Under the pieces are notes generated by a model. The model saw nothing but the letters and a program-made list of their open reading frames with translations. It was not told the DNA's origin and ran no database searches. From Diplonema japonicum (Eukaryota > Protista > Euglenozoa: Diplonemea), in NCBI GenBank assembly GCA_964019335.1, contig OZ025754.1:220816-284815 (forward strand): DNA of 64,000 bases, read 5' to 3'. The position numbers and the translations under genes were made by a program. Positions 1-12,243 of the stretch are shown piece after piece. Position 1 is the stretch's first letter. Each line of letters begins with the position of its first letter.

Positions 1-743
1 TGAAGGCTAAGGCATTGAGGCATATCTTTCTTCGGAAAATTCATCACCGTGGTACATCACTTCTTTTCGTATTCGCATTGCGTTTTCGTTTCTTCCATAT
101 CATGTTCGTCTTCTGTTCGTCCACACCCTCTTTTATTCCCTCGAGGGTTGGTCGTTCTCGGCACATCCGTCCTCTGCGGTATCTTTTGATGTACCATCAT
201 TCCTTTTGGTTGCTTGCCAACTGCTCTTAGCCATGTCCATCCTAGCTTCAGTGGTTGGAGTACATTGCGCTTTACGTTGCTAACCGGTCCTACGGCTCTT
301 TTGCTGTGCACCTTCTTCAGCAACGCATACGAAAACAGAGAAAGTCAAAAAGGACCTTGTGTAGCGACGTGGGGTATATCGTTGCGGGCATCTCCGTCGA
401 CGGCAGCTGTTGCGGTGGTGGTTCCTGCTGTAAGCTAGTGTCAACGGTGGAGGGGGACTCTTTCCCTTGTCTGCGTCCATTCGGAGGAAAGAAGGGCTGT
501 GCTTGCTCCCGTTTCCCTTTTTTTCAAAAAATGCATGGAAACGCGTTTCCATGCCAGCATAGCCCTGGGGGGGGCCACCGCCCCTTAAAAAGCTCGAAAT
601 TCGTGTTTTTCGGGAAACGCACCCCTGGGTAAATTATACCCGAAAATTCCACCCAGATGCTAAAAAAAACAACTTTCCGCCGCTATTTGGGGGTTTTTGT
701 GGACTTCTATGTGACCTATTCACAATTTTGAGCGGGTGTGACA
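1..743. repeat. Dispersed duplication, copy 1 (runs off the window start)
   Basis: Near-identical to 10973-11715 (offset 10972). I saw one substitution, near 386. The ORFs inside have no recognisable motif. Confidence 0.95.
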
Positions 744-909
744 TAAATTTATTCGGTTCTTTTTTGAGTTGCTTTCTTTTTTTTTAAAAAGAAAGGGTAA
801 ACATTTCATATCTCCACAGCGCCGAGCATTCTTGTGTGGTAAGAATGCTTCGTGCACGTCTTTCTTATTTCAGAGAAGGAGGAGGAGAAAAAAGAACGTT
901 GGGTGTTCT
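742..909. repeat. ~168-bp direct repeat, copy 1
   Basis: CATAAATTTATTCGG...GGGTGTTCT recurs at 5367-5534; the two copies bracket the LINE region. Confidence 0.9.
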
Positions 910-1136
910 TTTTTTTTTTTTTTTAATCTAACTCGTAAATGAGTCGCTTTGTTGCTCTTGGGACGCTTCTAAGACCTGTGCCCTCACACGTATGTAGGGG
1001 TTCCCCTGCTGCTTCGTTTCCCACAGGCTTTTGTGGCTATTGTCTCCTATTTTTGCTTATTGAATCCCCCGAGGCACCACCCCCAGGCTTCTTTTTTGTT
1101 TTTTTTTTTTTTGTTTTTTTTTTTTTGTTTTTTATA

Positions 1137-1612
1137 TACTGTAAAACAAAAATCACCGGAAGATAAAATGTCCGGAAGAAAAATTGTCCGGAAGATAAAA
1201 TGTCCGGAAGCTCTGGCGGTCCGGATATTTTTTCTTCCGGACATTTTTTTCCTGGGACCCCCCTTTTTTTTTTAAAGGGCTGGACCCGAAAACAGATGAA
1301 ACTAGTGTCTGTAGCAAGAGAAAATCAAACGAAAATCAGAGAATTGAATTACGTACTTTTCCAGATCCTGATTGTTCGCTTCTACCACAAGCTTGTTGAA
1401 CCGAACCACTGTGTTTGCTTTAGGGTTGTTCTTATGCTTTGCGGGTTTGCGTCATGGAGCCAATGTCCAGTATATCAGACTGGAAGCACCGCTTTGGTAG
1501 CTCCAAGGTCGATCCCCCTGCCGCACCCGTTACTGCGGGTCGCAAGCCTCTTCTGAACAAGGAAGAAACAACAAAGCTCTTTGTTTGGATCCAGGTGCAG
1601 AACGGAAGGGGT
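1137..1612 (+). mobile_element. Putative 5' end of a pogo/Tigger-like DNA transposon
   Basis: Starts near TATACTGTAAAAC, has direct and inverted TCCGGAAG subterminal repeats (1155-1250), and encodes SSISDWKHRF...GRKPLLNKEETTKLFVWIQ, resembling a psq-HTH/CENP-B-HTH transposase N-terminus. It ends at the LINE RT junction. Confidence 0.45.
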
Positions 1613-4048
1613 TCCAGTTGCAGTGCAATCTCGTCTATGTAGCACAGGAATAATAAGGGTGATAGGACTGTTCCTTGAGGTACTCCTTCTTCCTTCTCGT
1701 GGAATTTTCCAGTTGTACCGTTCGTGTTCACTGCTGCTGTGCGCCCTTCCAAGAAGCTGCCGATCCAGTTCAGGAACTTTGCGGGTATCTTCATCTGTGC
1801 TAGCTTCTTCATCAGCTTCGTCTTGCTCACTGTATCAAACGCTTTTTCGAAGTCGAGGAAAATAGACAGGGCGACCTTGTTCTCGGACAAGCTGTGGCTG
1901 AGGGTGCGGGACAACAGTGCTATTTGTTCTACTGTGGTGCGCCCTGTGCGGAATCCTGCTTGTGTAAGGCACAGGTTGGGGGTATCTGCGTTCGCCGTGT
2001 CTTCGAGGATGTACTCTAGCCTTGTTTTGATGAGTTTCTCTGTCAGCTTGCACAGGTTACTGGTCAGGTCTATCGGTCTAAAACTCTCCTTCTTCGTTTG
2101 TTCTTTGCCGGGTTTAGGCAGTGGTTTTGTTATTGCTGTCTTCCACCTTTCGGGTACTTTTGCGTGTTTCCATGTTAGGTTCATCGTGTGCAGCAGTGCC
2201 TCTTTAGCCTTGGTCCCTAGTTGCTTGAGCATCTCGTTGTGGATGCCGTCTAGTCCTGGGCTCTTGTGTGTCACGAGGTTTCCGATCGCGAGTTCGAGTT
2301 CTACGTTGTTGAATGGCTGTTCAGACGCTGCCATGTCGTGTGGTGGGTCGACCGGCTCGTTTGTGAATTTTTCATGCTTGGCTTTGCTGACCGATGCGAA
2401 GTACTTGCCGAGTAGCTCAGCTTTGTCATAGTTGTCGTTGTACTGTACTCCTTCTTCGATCAGCGGGCAGTTTGTGGTATTTGTGTCTTTTCCCGTCATG
2501 ATGTCGATCATTCTGTGGACTGTTCCCACATTCTTCACATCTTTCAGCCCTGCCGTCGTTCGCTCCCACGCTTTCTCCCTTTCATGTTCGATGAGCAGCC
2601 TGATGCCTTCGGTTGCTTCTTTGAGCTCCATGTTTTCTTCGTCCGTGATTTCGGTGGTCTTTCTTTTCAATCTTCGGGCGATCTCGTTTCTTTTTGTCAA
2701 TGCCTTGCTGACCTCTTCCGTCCACCACTGCTTTTTATGCTTCGGCTGGCATTGCCGGACCTTCTTTATGTGCTTTTGTGCCATCCTTTTTATGGTTCCC
2801 GTCAGCCTGTCGGTTGCCTCTTCCGGTGTTTTGCAAGACAGTATTCTTTTTGCCTGTTGCTCCATGTCAGATCTGAATCCTTGCCAGTTTGCGGACTTCC
2901 ACGACCATATGTATTTTGTCGTTTGTTTTACGATTTGTGCGTCGAAGGGGATCGTGATGAGTATCGGGAAGTGGTCCGACTGCAGTTTTCGTCTAGGGAC
3001 TTCCACTTCGGTGGCCATTCGGGTGGTCCGATCATGATGTCCGGGCTGGACTTCTTCTTGCCTTGCATCCGTGTCACTTGTCTCGGGTCGTTCCATATGA
3101 CTCTGCCATGTTCTTCTGCCCAGGTGTAGAGCTCTTTGCCGCCCGCGCAAGGTTTTACTGACAGGTCCCATGTCCCCTCGTGGTGTAGATTAAAATCGCC
3201 TACTATGAGTGTGTTATCTCTTGCTGGTAGGTCTTCTGCCGCGAAGTCATCCTCTCTAACGTCAGCCCCTCCTGTTATTGGCGGTTTATAGATGTTGACG
3301 ATGTGTACTTCGGGGCCGTTCTTTGGAGTCAGGAAGACCGAGATTGATTCCGTTGTTTCGTTCGTACGGGTGGGGCCTTGTCGTGTTACATATTTCTCCC
3401 TCACTAGGATCGCGACCCCCCCGCCTATTGCCTCTTTATCGGCGCCTTGTCGAGCTACCGTTCTTTTCTGGCTGTATGTGGTGTAGCCGTTTAATGCTAT
3501 GTTCTCTACCCACACTTCTTGCAGGCATCTGAAATGGCTTTAAGTTAGGATGAAGAAGCGAAGAAATAGATAAAAAGGGGTGGGAAAGAATAAATACTGC
3601 ATACGAAAACAGAGAGTCGAGTAAAAAAGGGAAAAGGTGACTGACATCCTCAAGAGGAGCCTCCCACGTACCAGGAATTAAGCAGAGGTTGCTTCCATGG
3701 CCCGTATCAGTCTATCGCCAGAAAGAAAAATGAAAATAACATAACAAAGAGAAGGGGAGAAGAAACGGAAAAAGACGGCTTGGTCATCAGAGAATGTTGA
3801 CCCAAATGCGTCGGTGGACGCAGTTTAACGTCATACCCGGGACGGAAACCATGTTGGGAAAGCAGAAGGGAAGTTAAAAGTCCAGAAGTGGAAAAGGAAA
3901 AGGTGGAAACTAAAATCATAGGGTGCGAGGTCTGTGAGACCCTGCATATCACATCTACTGAATGTTTCTCCATGCCTTCTTCTATCAGTCGTCTGCTGTT
4001 CGTCCATTTCGCACAATTGTAGCTTATCACTCGCAGCTCAGGTTTCAT
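1612..4048 (-). pseudogene. LINE ORF2 (AP endonuclease + reverse transcriptase)
   Basis: Broken by an insertion (3529-3943) and a frameshift near 2980 (ENC/SDH), and truncated after LFLCYIDEIALQLE, before the xADD motif. Confidence 0.88.
3529..3943 (-). other. 415-bp insertion in the LINE endonuclease, flanked by a 4-bp direct repeat
   Basis: GCAT at 3525-3528 and 3944-3947. Removing 419 bp restores VDVIC-LQEVWVEN in frame. Confidence 0.85.
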
Positions 4049-5366
4049 TTCCGAGTCGGGGGTCTGTTTCGTTGTTTCTGTTTCGCCCGCCGTTTTTTCG
4101 GCTCCTTTTTGATGAGCTCCGTTCTCGGACCCGTTGCGCGGTGTTGTTTCCGGCTTCAAACTTTCTGTTTCGTTTTTGTTTGTTCCCTGCGCTGTTTTCA
4201 AAATTTCAATGCTCTTTTTTTCGGGAGTTTTGGGTTGGTGGGTTTGTTGGGGTTTGGGGGGAGAGACCCTCTTCTTTCAATCGACTAGATTGACCACCCT
4301 TTTGTTTGGGCTTTTGCTTCTCTTCCTCTGCGGCTCTTCTCTCCTCCTTCCTTCTTCATCTTCTTTTTGTCCACCTCTGGGTTCGTAATCTCTCCCTCTT
4401 TTTGGTCCTGTGGCCTTTCTTTCCTCCATTCTTTCTCGTATCTCGTTCGCAAAGCTGTGTTCTATCGCTGTGTCGGCCATTTTTGATTTTGGGCGCGAGA
4501 TCTCTGTGGGCGTTGAGGAGGGTGTGGCCTTTTGTGGAGCAGGTGTGGCCTGTTGTGGAGCAGGCGTGGCCTGTTGTGGAGCTGGCGTGGCCTGCTGTGG
4601 AATATACGCGGGAGGTCGCGCGTCTATCTTCTCCATCATGACTTTCATCATGTGGGTTATCTGTTGCAGAGCGTTGCTGTTCTCTGCCCTCATCTCCTCC
4701 ACGCTCTTCTTTCCTTCTTCCACCTGTTCTTCTACGCACGTTACCCGTTTTTCTGTGCGGCTTGTTGCATTTTCTAGTTGAGCTATCCTCTCTTTCATCT
4801 CTTCTAGTTCCTTTTCTTTTCTCTCTTGCTCATTCTTCTTTTCTTCCAGCTGTTGTCTTCTTTTCTCCTTGTACGCTTGTTCTTCTTAAAGCCTCCCTCT
4901 TTTCCATAAAACTTCATAAAACTTGCTCGGCTCCACTTTTGGACTTTTCCTCTTGTTCTTTTCTGCGTCACATCTACCACTCGTACGTCGGGTATGCTGT
5001 GGACTTGTTCGCCTGTGTGCGATTTGAAGGCGGGGGGCTGTGTCCTTTCGGTGCCTCTAGTGTGGCTGCTTGTCCTGCAACTTCTATCACCTTTCCTTTC
5101 CACCCCAACGTGACCATGTATTCTTGTAAGTATCCTGGTGCCGTTCCTTGCGGTAGTGGGTACAAAACGTACCACCACTTCTTCTCCCTTCCTTCCGTCT
5201 GTTCTTGTGTCTGTTCGTTTCTCTCAGCTGTTGGCATAACCGGAACTTCGTTTGTTTCCAGGCGGGGCCCCGTGGAGGCGTCCGGCATTGGGTTGTCTGA
5301 CATTTTTGTGTTTCTTGTGTTCTTTTACCCTTCCGCCCACACTGAAAGCATGTGTGCATGTTCTTG

Positions 5367-5534
5367 CATAAATTTATTCGGTTCTTTTTTGAGTTGCTTT
5401 CTTTTTTTTAAAAAAGAAAGGGTAAACATTTCATATCTCCACAGCGCCGAGCATTCTTGTGTGGTAAGAATGCTTCGTGCACGTCTTTCTTATTTCAGAG
5501 AAGGAGGAGGAGAAAAAAGAACGTTGGGTGTTCT
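5367..5534. repeat. ~168-bp direct repeat, copy 2
   Basis: Matches 742-909. Confidence 0.9.
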
Positions 5535-5709
5535 CTTCTTAATTAACGAATTTGGATGGATTTTTTTTTTTTTTTTTTTTTTCCAAAACTGTAAGGGTCG
5601 GGGTGCTCGGCTTATAACGTCAGCATCCTTGTGTCGCCGTATACCTGAGACCTAATAGTTTTGAAGAAAAAAAAGAAGGAAAGAAAAAAGAAAAAAAAAG
5701 AGAAACCGC

Positions 5710-6030
5710 TCACAACCCTTCATTTAAAGTGTCATAGGTTTCCGGCTTGTCTGTTATCTTGGATAGTTCACAACTGCGAGAAGTGTCACATTCTTTTCTT
5801 GGGGGCACGCTCCTCACAATAATGAAGTACACAGCGCAGCCCAGAAAAGCCGCCATAGTCGCTACAAGTCCTATCAGCACCACGCGTGTTGCCATGCTAG
5901 AGCCTCCCTCTGAACTGTTGTCATTCCATTCCGGCCCTTCTATACCTCCTGTCTTGTTGCTATTGTTGTTATCTCCAAGCCCCAAGCACGGGCACACCCC
6001 AGCGGCGAGTACTGTAAGGGCGGCTTTCAC
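5710..6030 (-). CDS. Small single-pass membrane protein (start uncertain)
   Basis: Signal-like N-terminus and TM segment VVLIGLVATMAAFLGCAVYFIIV. The start is GTG, with no upstream in-frame ATG. Confidence 0.4.
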   Translation of the reverse strand: MKAALTVLAAGVCPCLGLGDNNNSNKTGGIEGPEWNDNSSEGGSSMATRVVLIGLVATMAAFLGCAVYFIIVRSVPPRKECDTSRSCELSKITDKPETYDTLNEGL

Positions 6031-6769
6031 GTGGTAAGCACCTAAATATGTGTTTTAATGGCGCAGAAAACAGGACTATAAAAAAAAGAATTAATTGAAA
6101 TGTGTTTTGTCATGCAAAGCAAAAAGAAAGAGAGAAAGGATTGGAAAGAGAGCCCTTCCACGTGGAACATAACAAACATGGCCCCCTGGTGCAATAATCA
6201 ATGGCAGCTCGGTGCCTGCCAATAAAATATGATTCTCCTGAAAGAAGAAGACGGGCTCTAAGTCCCTCCCTCGCCTTGTTTAGGGACTTGTACTGTAACC
6301 CCATGGAATACTTGTATGGCTTCCCCCCCTTTTATCCCAGTCTTCCCTCATGATAAAATAAAACCACTTACACGCCCTCAAGTAATGCTCTAACGCCACT
6401 AGAGGTTCCCGATTTTTGGTAAACGCATAACTTGTTTAAAGAGAAGTGTTGTTTTTCACCTCGACCCGGACCAAAGGTCTTGCGGTGTTTTGGAGATCTG
6501 CATTCGTAAGATCTATTGTTGTATTTATAAAAGGGAAAAAGAAGGGGGCGCGGGTAGGGGAGGAGGGGAGACACTTTAAATATGGGGCCAGACGCGAAAG
6601 AGGAGGAGGGAACCAATTTCTTTCTTCCAACTCTTTTTTTTTGGGGGGGGAGCGGGTGAGGGGGGGGAGGCAAGTATAAGTTAAGCTAATACACTGCTTT
6701 CGTTTAACAGCCTTTCTCATTTTCCTCCGTCTAGAGGGGAAATATCTCAGAAATGCTTTGAAGAAAATA

Positions 6770-7970
6770 ATAGCTATTTATTTTTTGGTATAGCTATTTA
6801 CTGCCAACAAGTAATGACTTTACCGTTACCTCGAGGTTCCGCATTTTACCGTCGAGGGCCCGCAGGGCCCGAGATGGTAAAATGCGGAACCGAGAGGTCG
6901 GTAAAGCATTACTTGGCGGTAGGTAAGTGGTTTTATTTCACGACACTCTGAAATTACTTCACCACGAGGGGCACAACAGGGTGACAAGGGGTACAACAAG
7001 AGAGGGGTTACAAAGGTTACAATACAAGTTGTTTTTCCTCCTTTTGTTGACTAAGAGCTGCCGCTGTCGCTGGCATTGCCACTGTCGCTGGCATTGCCAC
7101 TGTCACCATCTCTAATCAGGCCTTCCCATACCTAGCGCGGCCGCTGGCTCCTTTTTTTCTGCTGCTTCGGTATTTTGAAGTCTTTTGGGGTGCTTGGGTA
7201 AGCTGACTAAGTTACCCTTACCCACAGAAGAGTTTTTTTTTTTTTAAATTCCACTTCCTTTTCGACTTGCTAAGGCCGTACCCACTAGGTGGGTTGGAAG
7301 TGTCTCGAGACGCTCACCCGGTTGCCCGAGTACTCATGACCGTATTGGTGTTCTCATTCCACAAGCTTTGCTGGTTGTTTGGCACTTTACACTTTTTTTT
7401 TTTTTTTTTGGCTACTGTGGGTGCCGGACCTCAGTATCCTTTTTTTTTTTTTTAGTATCACGTTATAGGGGTGGGGTAAAACTTGTTCAGGGGGGCTTTT
7501 TTATTTTCACTGCTGCGTCTGTCTCGTCGGCTGCTGTGGTGGGGGGTTGGTAGTGCTCTCTGTTTCTGCGAGAAACAGGATTGGGGATCAGGGATGGGAT
7601 CTCGGGATTCTGAATGAATCTTTAGTGCCTCAGCCGCCTTCTGATTGGCTTGTAGTTACCCACAGAAACTGGGAACAAGGCCTAGCCAAAAGTGGGCAAA
7701 TTGAAGTAGTCCAACTTGGAACTGAGCCGAGGCAAAAGTTGGCCAATAGAGCTGAACCTGGGGGGAAATAGCAAACTGAGAGGAAAAAGTAGCCCCACTG
7801 GGAACCGAACCGAGGCAAAAATTGGCCTACCGAGGCATATTATTTAACGGAAACCCCCTATTACTTCACGGAAAACAGGCCATTATTTCACCGTGAAGTA
7901 ATGAGATTTAGCGTGAAGTAATGGGCCCCCCAGTGCGTGAAGTAATTTCTGACGAGTGAAATAAAAAATA
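6770..7970. mobile_element. Non-autonomous Crypton-like insertion with a long hairpin
   Basis: Absent from the paralogous kinase 3' flanks near 40585 and 46995. Hairpin 6808-6915, imperfect inverted repeats 6931-6962 / 7937-7966, repeated GTGAAGTAAT motifs. Confidence 0.6.
7233..7345 (-). mobile_element. Poly(A)-tailed retroposon 3' fragment
   Basis: T-run followed by AAATTCCACTTCC...CATGACCGTA. Also at 11752-11864, with an internally deleted version at ~46700-46770. Confidence 0.6.
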
Positions 7971-8312
7971 TAACAACTAGAAAAAGCAGGATAAATTGAA
8001 GACAAGAAAACACTTGGTACTCCCATTTTTTTTTTTTTTTCTTTTTTCCTTCAAACTATATCTATTTCTTGTCTTCTTTCATGCAGGGTAGTCAGCAGGG
8101 TAGTCAGCTGCTTGATGTGTTCTCTCTGTTGCTGGGCCGCACTTCTCGCAAGTGCGTTGCTTGTGGTTTTCCTTCAACTGTTTGTGGTGCCCGGACTTCA
8201 GCTCGCTACGAGGGTGCCGTCATCTATGGCTGTAGGGGTCTTGTCAGCATCCACACACTGATCAGTACTTCTTCTCTTGCCTCCTGAGCCCCTCCTACTT
8301 ATAACAGTACAC

Positions 8313-9877
8313 TCACCACCGTATCCTTAACCTCTCAAGCTCCTTGGGGAGGCGCAAGCTCTTGTTGGCTATGATTGAGTGAAGGGAGGTGCACCCTTCC
8401 AAGAACCTATCGCCGATGCTGGTCCTCTTGGAAAGCGGTTCGAGATAGACAACCTGGAGGGATGTGCACCCACTCAAGAAGAAATTGCCGATGCTGGTGA
8501 TGTTGGAAAGCGGTGCGAGATCGACAGCCTGGAGGGAGGTGCACCCATACAAGAATTTAGAGCCGATGCTGGTGATGTCGGAAAGCGGTGCGAGATCGAC
8601 AGCCTGGAGGGAGGTGCACCCATACAAGAAGTGACTGCCGATGGTGACAGACCCTGGCCCTGTCACGGTGGGCAATGAGTCGAGAGAGAAGCTGAGTGAC
8701 CTCAGCCGATAAATAATTTTTTTGTTGAGGATAACTGCCAGGAAGAATTTAGCGATGTTGCCCCGCACGCCCTTCAGCACCACGTGTTCAAAGCCCAACA
8801 CAATGGGGACGTACCTCTCATCCACATGAACCAGGGAAGCCCCTGTGAAGTCAATCACCAAGGACGGTGGACATTTCTTCAGCATAGCAAGCAACTGAAG
8901 CTCGTCGTGCTTCACCACCACCTGCATCTTTCCCATCTTTCCCATGAACCCATCCATGCCTTCTTCCCACTCCACAACGAGGCCCTTCCTCTTCACTTCT
9001 TCCTCTGAGGTGAGCTGGCTTCCATCCTTCAAGGCTGCAACGGGATGATGCTGATGTTGGTTCGGATCGTGGTGGTGGTGGTGGTGGTCGATGTTGTTGT
9101 TGTTCTTGTTGTTGGTGTGCTCAGGGAAGACCTTCACCCGTCCCTTGTCTTGGAAGACAGTCTCGCTGTCGGCATCCACGAACAGATCGAAGTCGCTGCT
9201 GAAGACCTCCACCCTGCGAACCCGTCCCAGCCCGTCCTTTGCGAAGGCTTTCTCTGCCGCCACCCGAACCTCCTCCACACCCGACCCCACAGCCACAAGA
9301 AGGGGCCTCCTCCTCTCCTCACCACCGAAGTCCGCGAAGGCCAGAAGCATCATCATCATCGTCGTCGTCATCGCAGGTGGAGTCGTCAGCACAGAAGTAG
9401 AGAGGGGGCTGTTTGGGAATTGAGGGGGATCGTAGTACTTCGTCGTCGTCGTCATCGCAGGTGGAGTCGTCAGCACAGACAGAACCTCAGAAGCGGTCGG
9501 GCGTTTCGAAGGGTCCTCGCAGAGGAGGCGCAGCAGCAGGGTCCCCACCGACTCCCCCACGAGCTTCGGGAGGCGTCTTTCCAGCTCACCCATCACAAGG
9601 ACCCGGTTCATCTTCAGGTACTTCAGGAACCACCCCCTCAGCTTCTCATCCTCCAGAACGGCGAAGCACACGGTCACCCCGAGGGCCCACATGTCCACCT
9701 TGTTGGTGTACGGACCTACAAAGTCGGGTCCCATGAAGGCGGGGGTTCCCACAACGCTGTCGGCGGTCGCTCCAGAAAAACTATGGATCATGCTGCTGCT
9801 GCTGCTACCACTTGCACCAACAACAGCCCTCGACAGTCCCAGGTCAGCCAGAACGAACCTCGTCTTCCCTTCAGAGG

Positions 9878-9920
<43 letters not shown>

Positions 9921-10367
9921 GCTGTTGCTGTCGTCCACCATGATGTTCTGAGGCTTCACGTCCCTGTGGATCCAACCCTTCCCGTGCAAGTAGGCCAGCG
10001 CCTCAGCCACCTCCCGCAAGAGCCTCACTGCCTTCTCTTGAGAGAGAGGTCCCTCCCTCTCCAGGAGCTTCTGCAGGTCCCCTCCAGTGTACAAGGGCAT
10101 CACGATGTGGAGCTCCCACTGCGTCACCCCAGGAACCAGCTGCCCTGTCGTCCCGAAGTAGTCCACACACGGGACCACATTCCTGTGCTTCAGCTGCAGC
10201 ATGTTCTCTACCTCCTTCACCCCCCTTGTGTAGTCCTCCTTCGTCGCCGCCTTCACAACCTTCATCGCGAACTCCTTCCCGTCAACCTCCCTCACAGCCA
10301 TGTAAACAGACCCCTGGCCCCCTGACCCGAGGTGCTTCCCTTTCTTGTACTTCTCAAGGTTCTGCAT
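8313..10367 (-). CDS. Ser/Thr kinase - beta-grasp-like linker - BspA-type LRR protein, paralog 1 (4 LRRs)
   Basis: GSGGQG, AMK, HRDVKPQN, DLG, GTPAFMGPD and DMWALG motifs; poly-N insert; 25-aa FLxGCTSL repeats. Start MQNL is shared with the paralogs. Confidence 0.9.
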
Positions 10368-10972
10368 TTTACGGTGTGTTCTTTTTTTATTATTATATTG
10401 TAAATCTCCACTGTGTGATGGATTTCTTCCCCCCCCCCCCCCCGTGTTGAGAGAATGAATAAAGCATAACATGGAAACGAGCAAATGCGAATTCGAAGAA
10501 AAGTAGAGAGGGGGCTGTTTGGGAATTGAGGGGGATCGTAGTACTTCGGAGTTACACATGATTGTAAAATCATTTATTTGAAAGATAATTTCATCATAAA
10601 TATTTGTAACAAAAAGAAAGAAGAATGACTTTGGTTGCTTCATAAACCGCCTCTAGCGGATGTTGCTGCCCTTCTGTGCTGAAGGATGCATGGCTGTGGG
10701 AAGGGTGGACTGCGCTCTGGTAGGTTGTTGTGCTCTGTAGTCAGGCACGAAGGGGCCGGACCACTCTTTTCTCTGTGCAGTCGGTACTGCGCATTGCCTT
10801 TCAAGTATTTCGCCTGCTCCCATGAATGTTCATCTTCAAGTGCTTACGGAACCATCTTACTTCAGGCACTGTGTACTTGCTCCACAGCACAGGGCGCTAC
10901 CATGTTGACCAGCAGTTTCTGCACAATTTCTGGCTGCGGTACCTTGCAGTCTTTCGGTATTCCGGGATCCCA

Positions 10973-11715
10973 TGAAGGCTAAGGCATTGAGGCATATCTT
11001 TCTTCGGAAAATTCATCACCGTGGTACATCACTTCTTTTCGTATTCGCATTGCGTTTTCGTTTCTTCCATATCATGTTCGTCTTCTGTTCGTCCACACCC
11101 TCTTTTATTCCCTCGAGGGTTGGTCGTTCTCGGCACATCCGTCCTCTGCGGTATCTTTTGATGTACCATCATTCCTTTTGGTTGCTTGCCAACTGCTCTT
11201 AGCCATGTCCATCCTAGCTTCAGTGGTTGGAGTACATTGCGCTTTACGTTGCTAACCGGTCCTACGGCTCTTTTGCTGTGCACCTTCTTCAGCAACGCAT
11301 ACGAAAACAGAGAAAGTCAAAAAGGACCTTGTGTAGCGACGTGGGGTATATCGTTGTGGGCATCTCCGTCGACGGCAGCTGTTGCGGTGGTGGTTCCTGC
11401 TGTAAGCTAGTGTCAACGGTGGAGGGGGACTCTTTCCCTTGTCTGCGTCCATTCGGAGGAAAGAAGGGCTGTGCTTGCTCCCGTTTCCCTTTTTTTCAAA
11501 AAATGCATGGAAACGCGTTTCCATGCCAGCATAGCCCTGGGGGGGGCCACCGCCCCTTAAAAAGCTCGAAATTCGTGTTTTTCGGGAAACGCACCCCTGG
11601 GTAAATTATACCCGAAAATTCCACCCAGATGCTAAAAAAAACAACTTTCCGCCGCTATTTGGGGGTTTTTGTGGACTTCTATGTGACCTATTCACAATTT
11701 TGAGCGGGTGTGACA
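10973..11715. repeat. Dispersed duplication, copy 2
   Basis: Matches 1-743. Confidence 0.95.
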
Positions 11716-12243
11716 GAACCGGTACCTGCAGAATCCTGTATTGTGCACACATTTTTTTTTTTTTTAAATTCCACTTCCTTTTCGACTTGCTAAGGTCGCA
11801 CCCACTAGGTGGGTTGGAAGTGTCTCGAGACGCTCACCCGGTTGCCCGGGTACTCATGACCGTACTACTGTCACAAATGTGCAAGATTTTTTTTGGCCTA
11901 ATTTCGACCCCTTTGACCCCCCCCCCCCCCCCCCGTGTTGAGAGAATGAAAAAAGCATAACTTGGAAGGAAACATGGAAACGAGAAAACGCGAATTCGAA
12001 GAAAAGGAGAGAGGGGGCTGTTTGGGAATCCATCGAGGGGGGGCCACAAGTTCAACGGGAATGGGGAGGGATGTCAAGCATCTAGAATTTCGCGGGTCTC
12101 TTGCTGATTGAGAATGGGGATTAAGAGGTCATCCTACAGAAGGTGCGAAAATTTTTGCTCACATCTGATGTACTTACTCTTTATATTATGTTATCCCCAC
12201 CACCTGAAAAAGAAAGAAAGAAAGAAAGAAAGAAAGTAGGGTG

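Larger units (their letters stand above)
1612..5366 (-). mobile_element. APE-RT non-LTR retrotransposon (LINE), disrupted and truncated in RT
   Basis: ORF1-like pieces (4974-5303; 4277-4798 with coiled coil and QQATPAP repeats). APE motifs: VISYN, CLQE, GGGVAILV, NIY, GDFNLHH, SPDI, SDH. RT motifs: KSPGLDGI, FRPIDLTS, QAGFR, FLDFEKAFD, GVPQGTVLSP. Confidence 0.92.

Noticed and set aside
1-632. Short ORFs in the duplicated block (also 10686-11604)
   Set aside because: No recognisable motifs and frequent stops.
9045-10325. Long + strand ORFs over the kinases (also 41805-42761 and 48420-49613)
   Set aside because: Antisense shadows caused by codon bias.
10368-10643. N-terminal extensions of kinase paralogs 1 and 3 in the ORF track
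   Set aside because: Homopolymer-rich and not shared between paralogs; MQNL is the common start.
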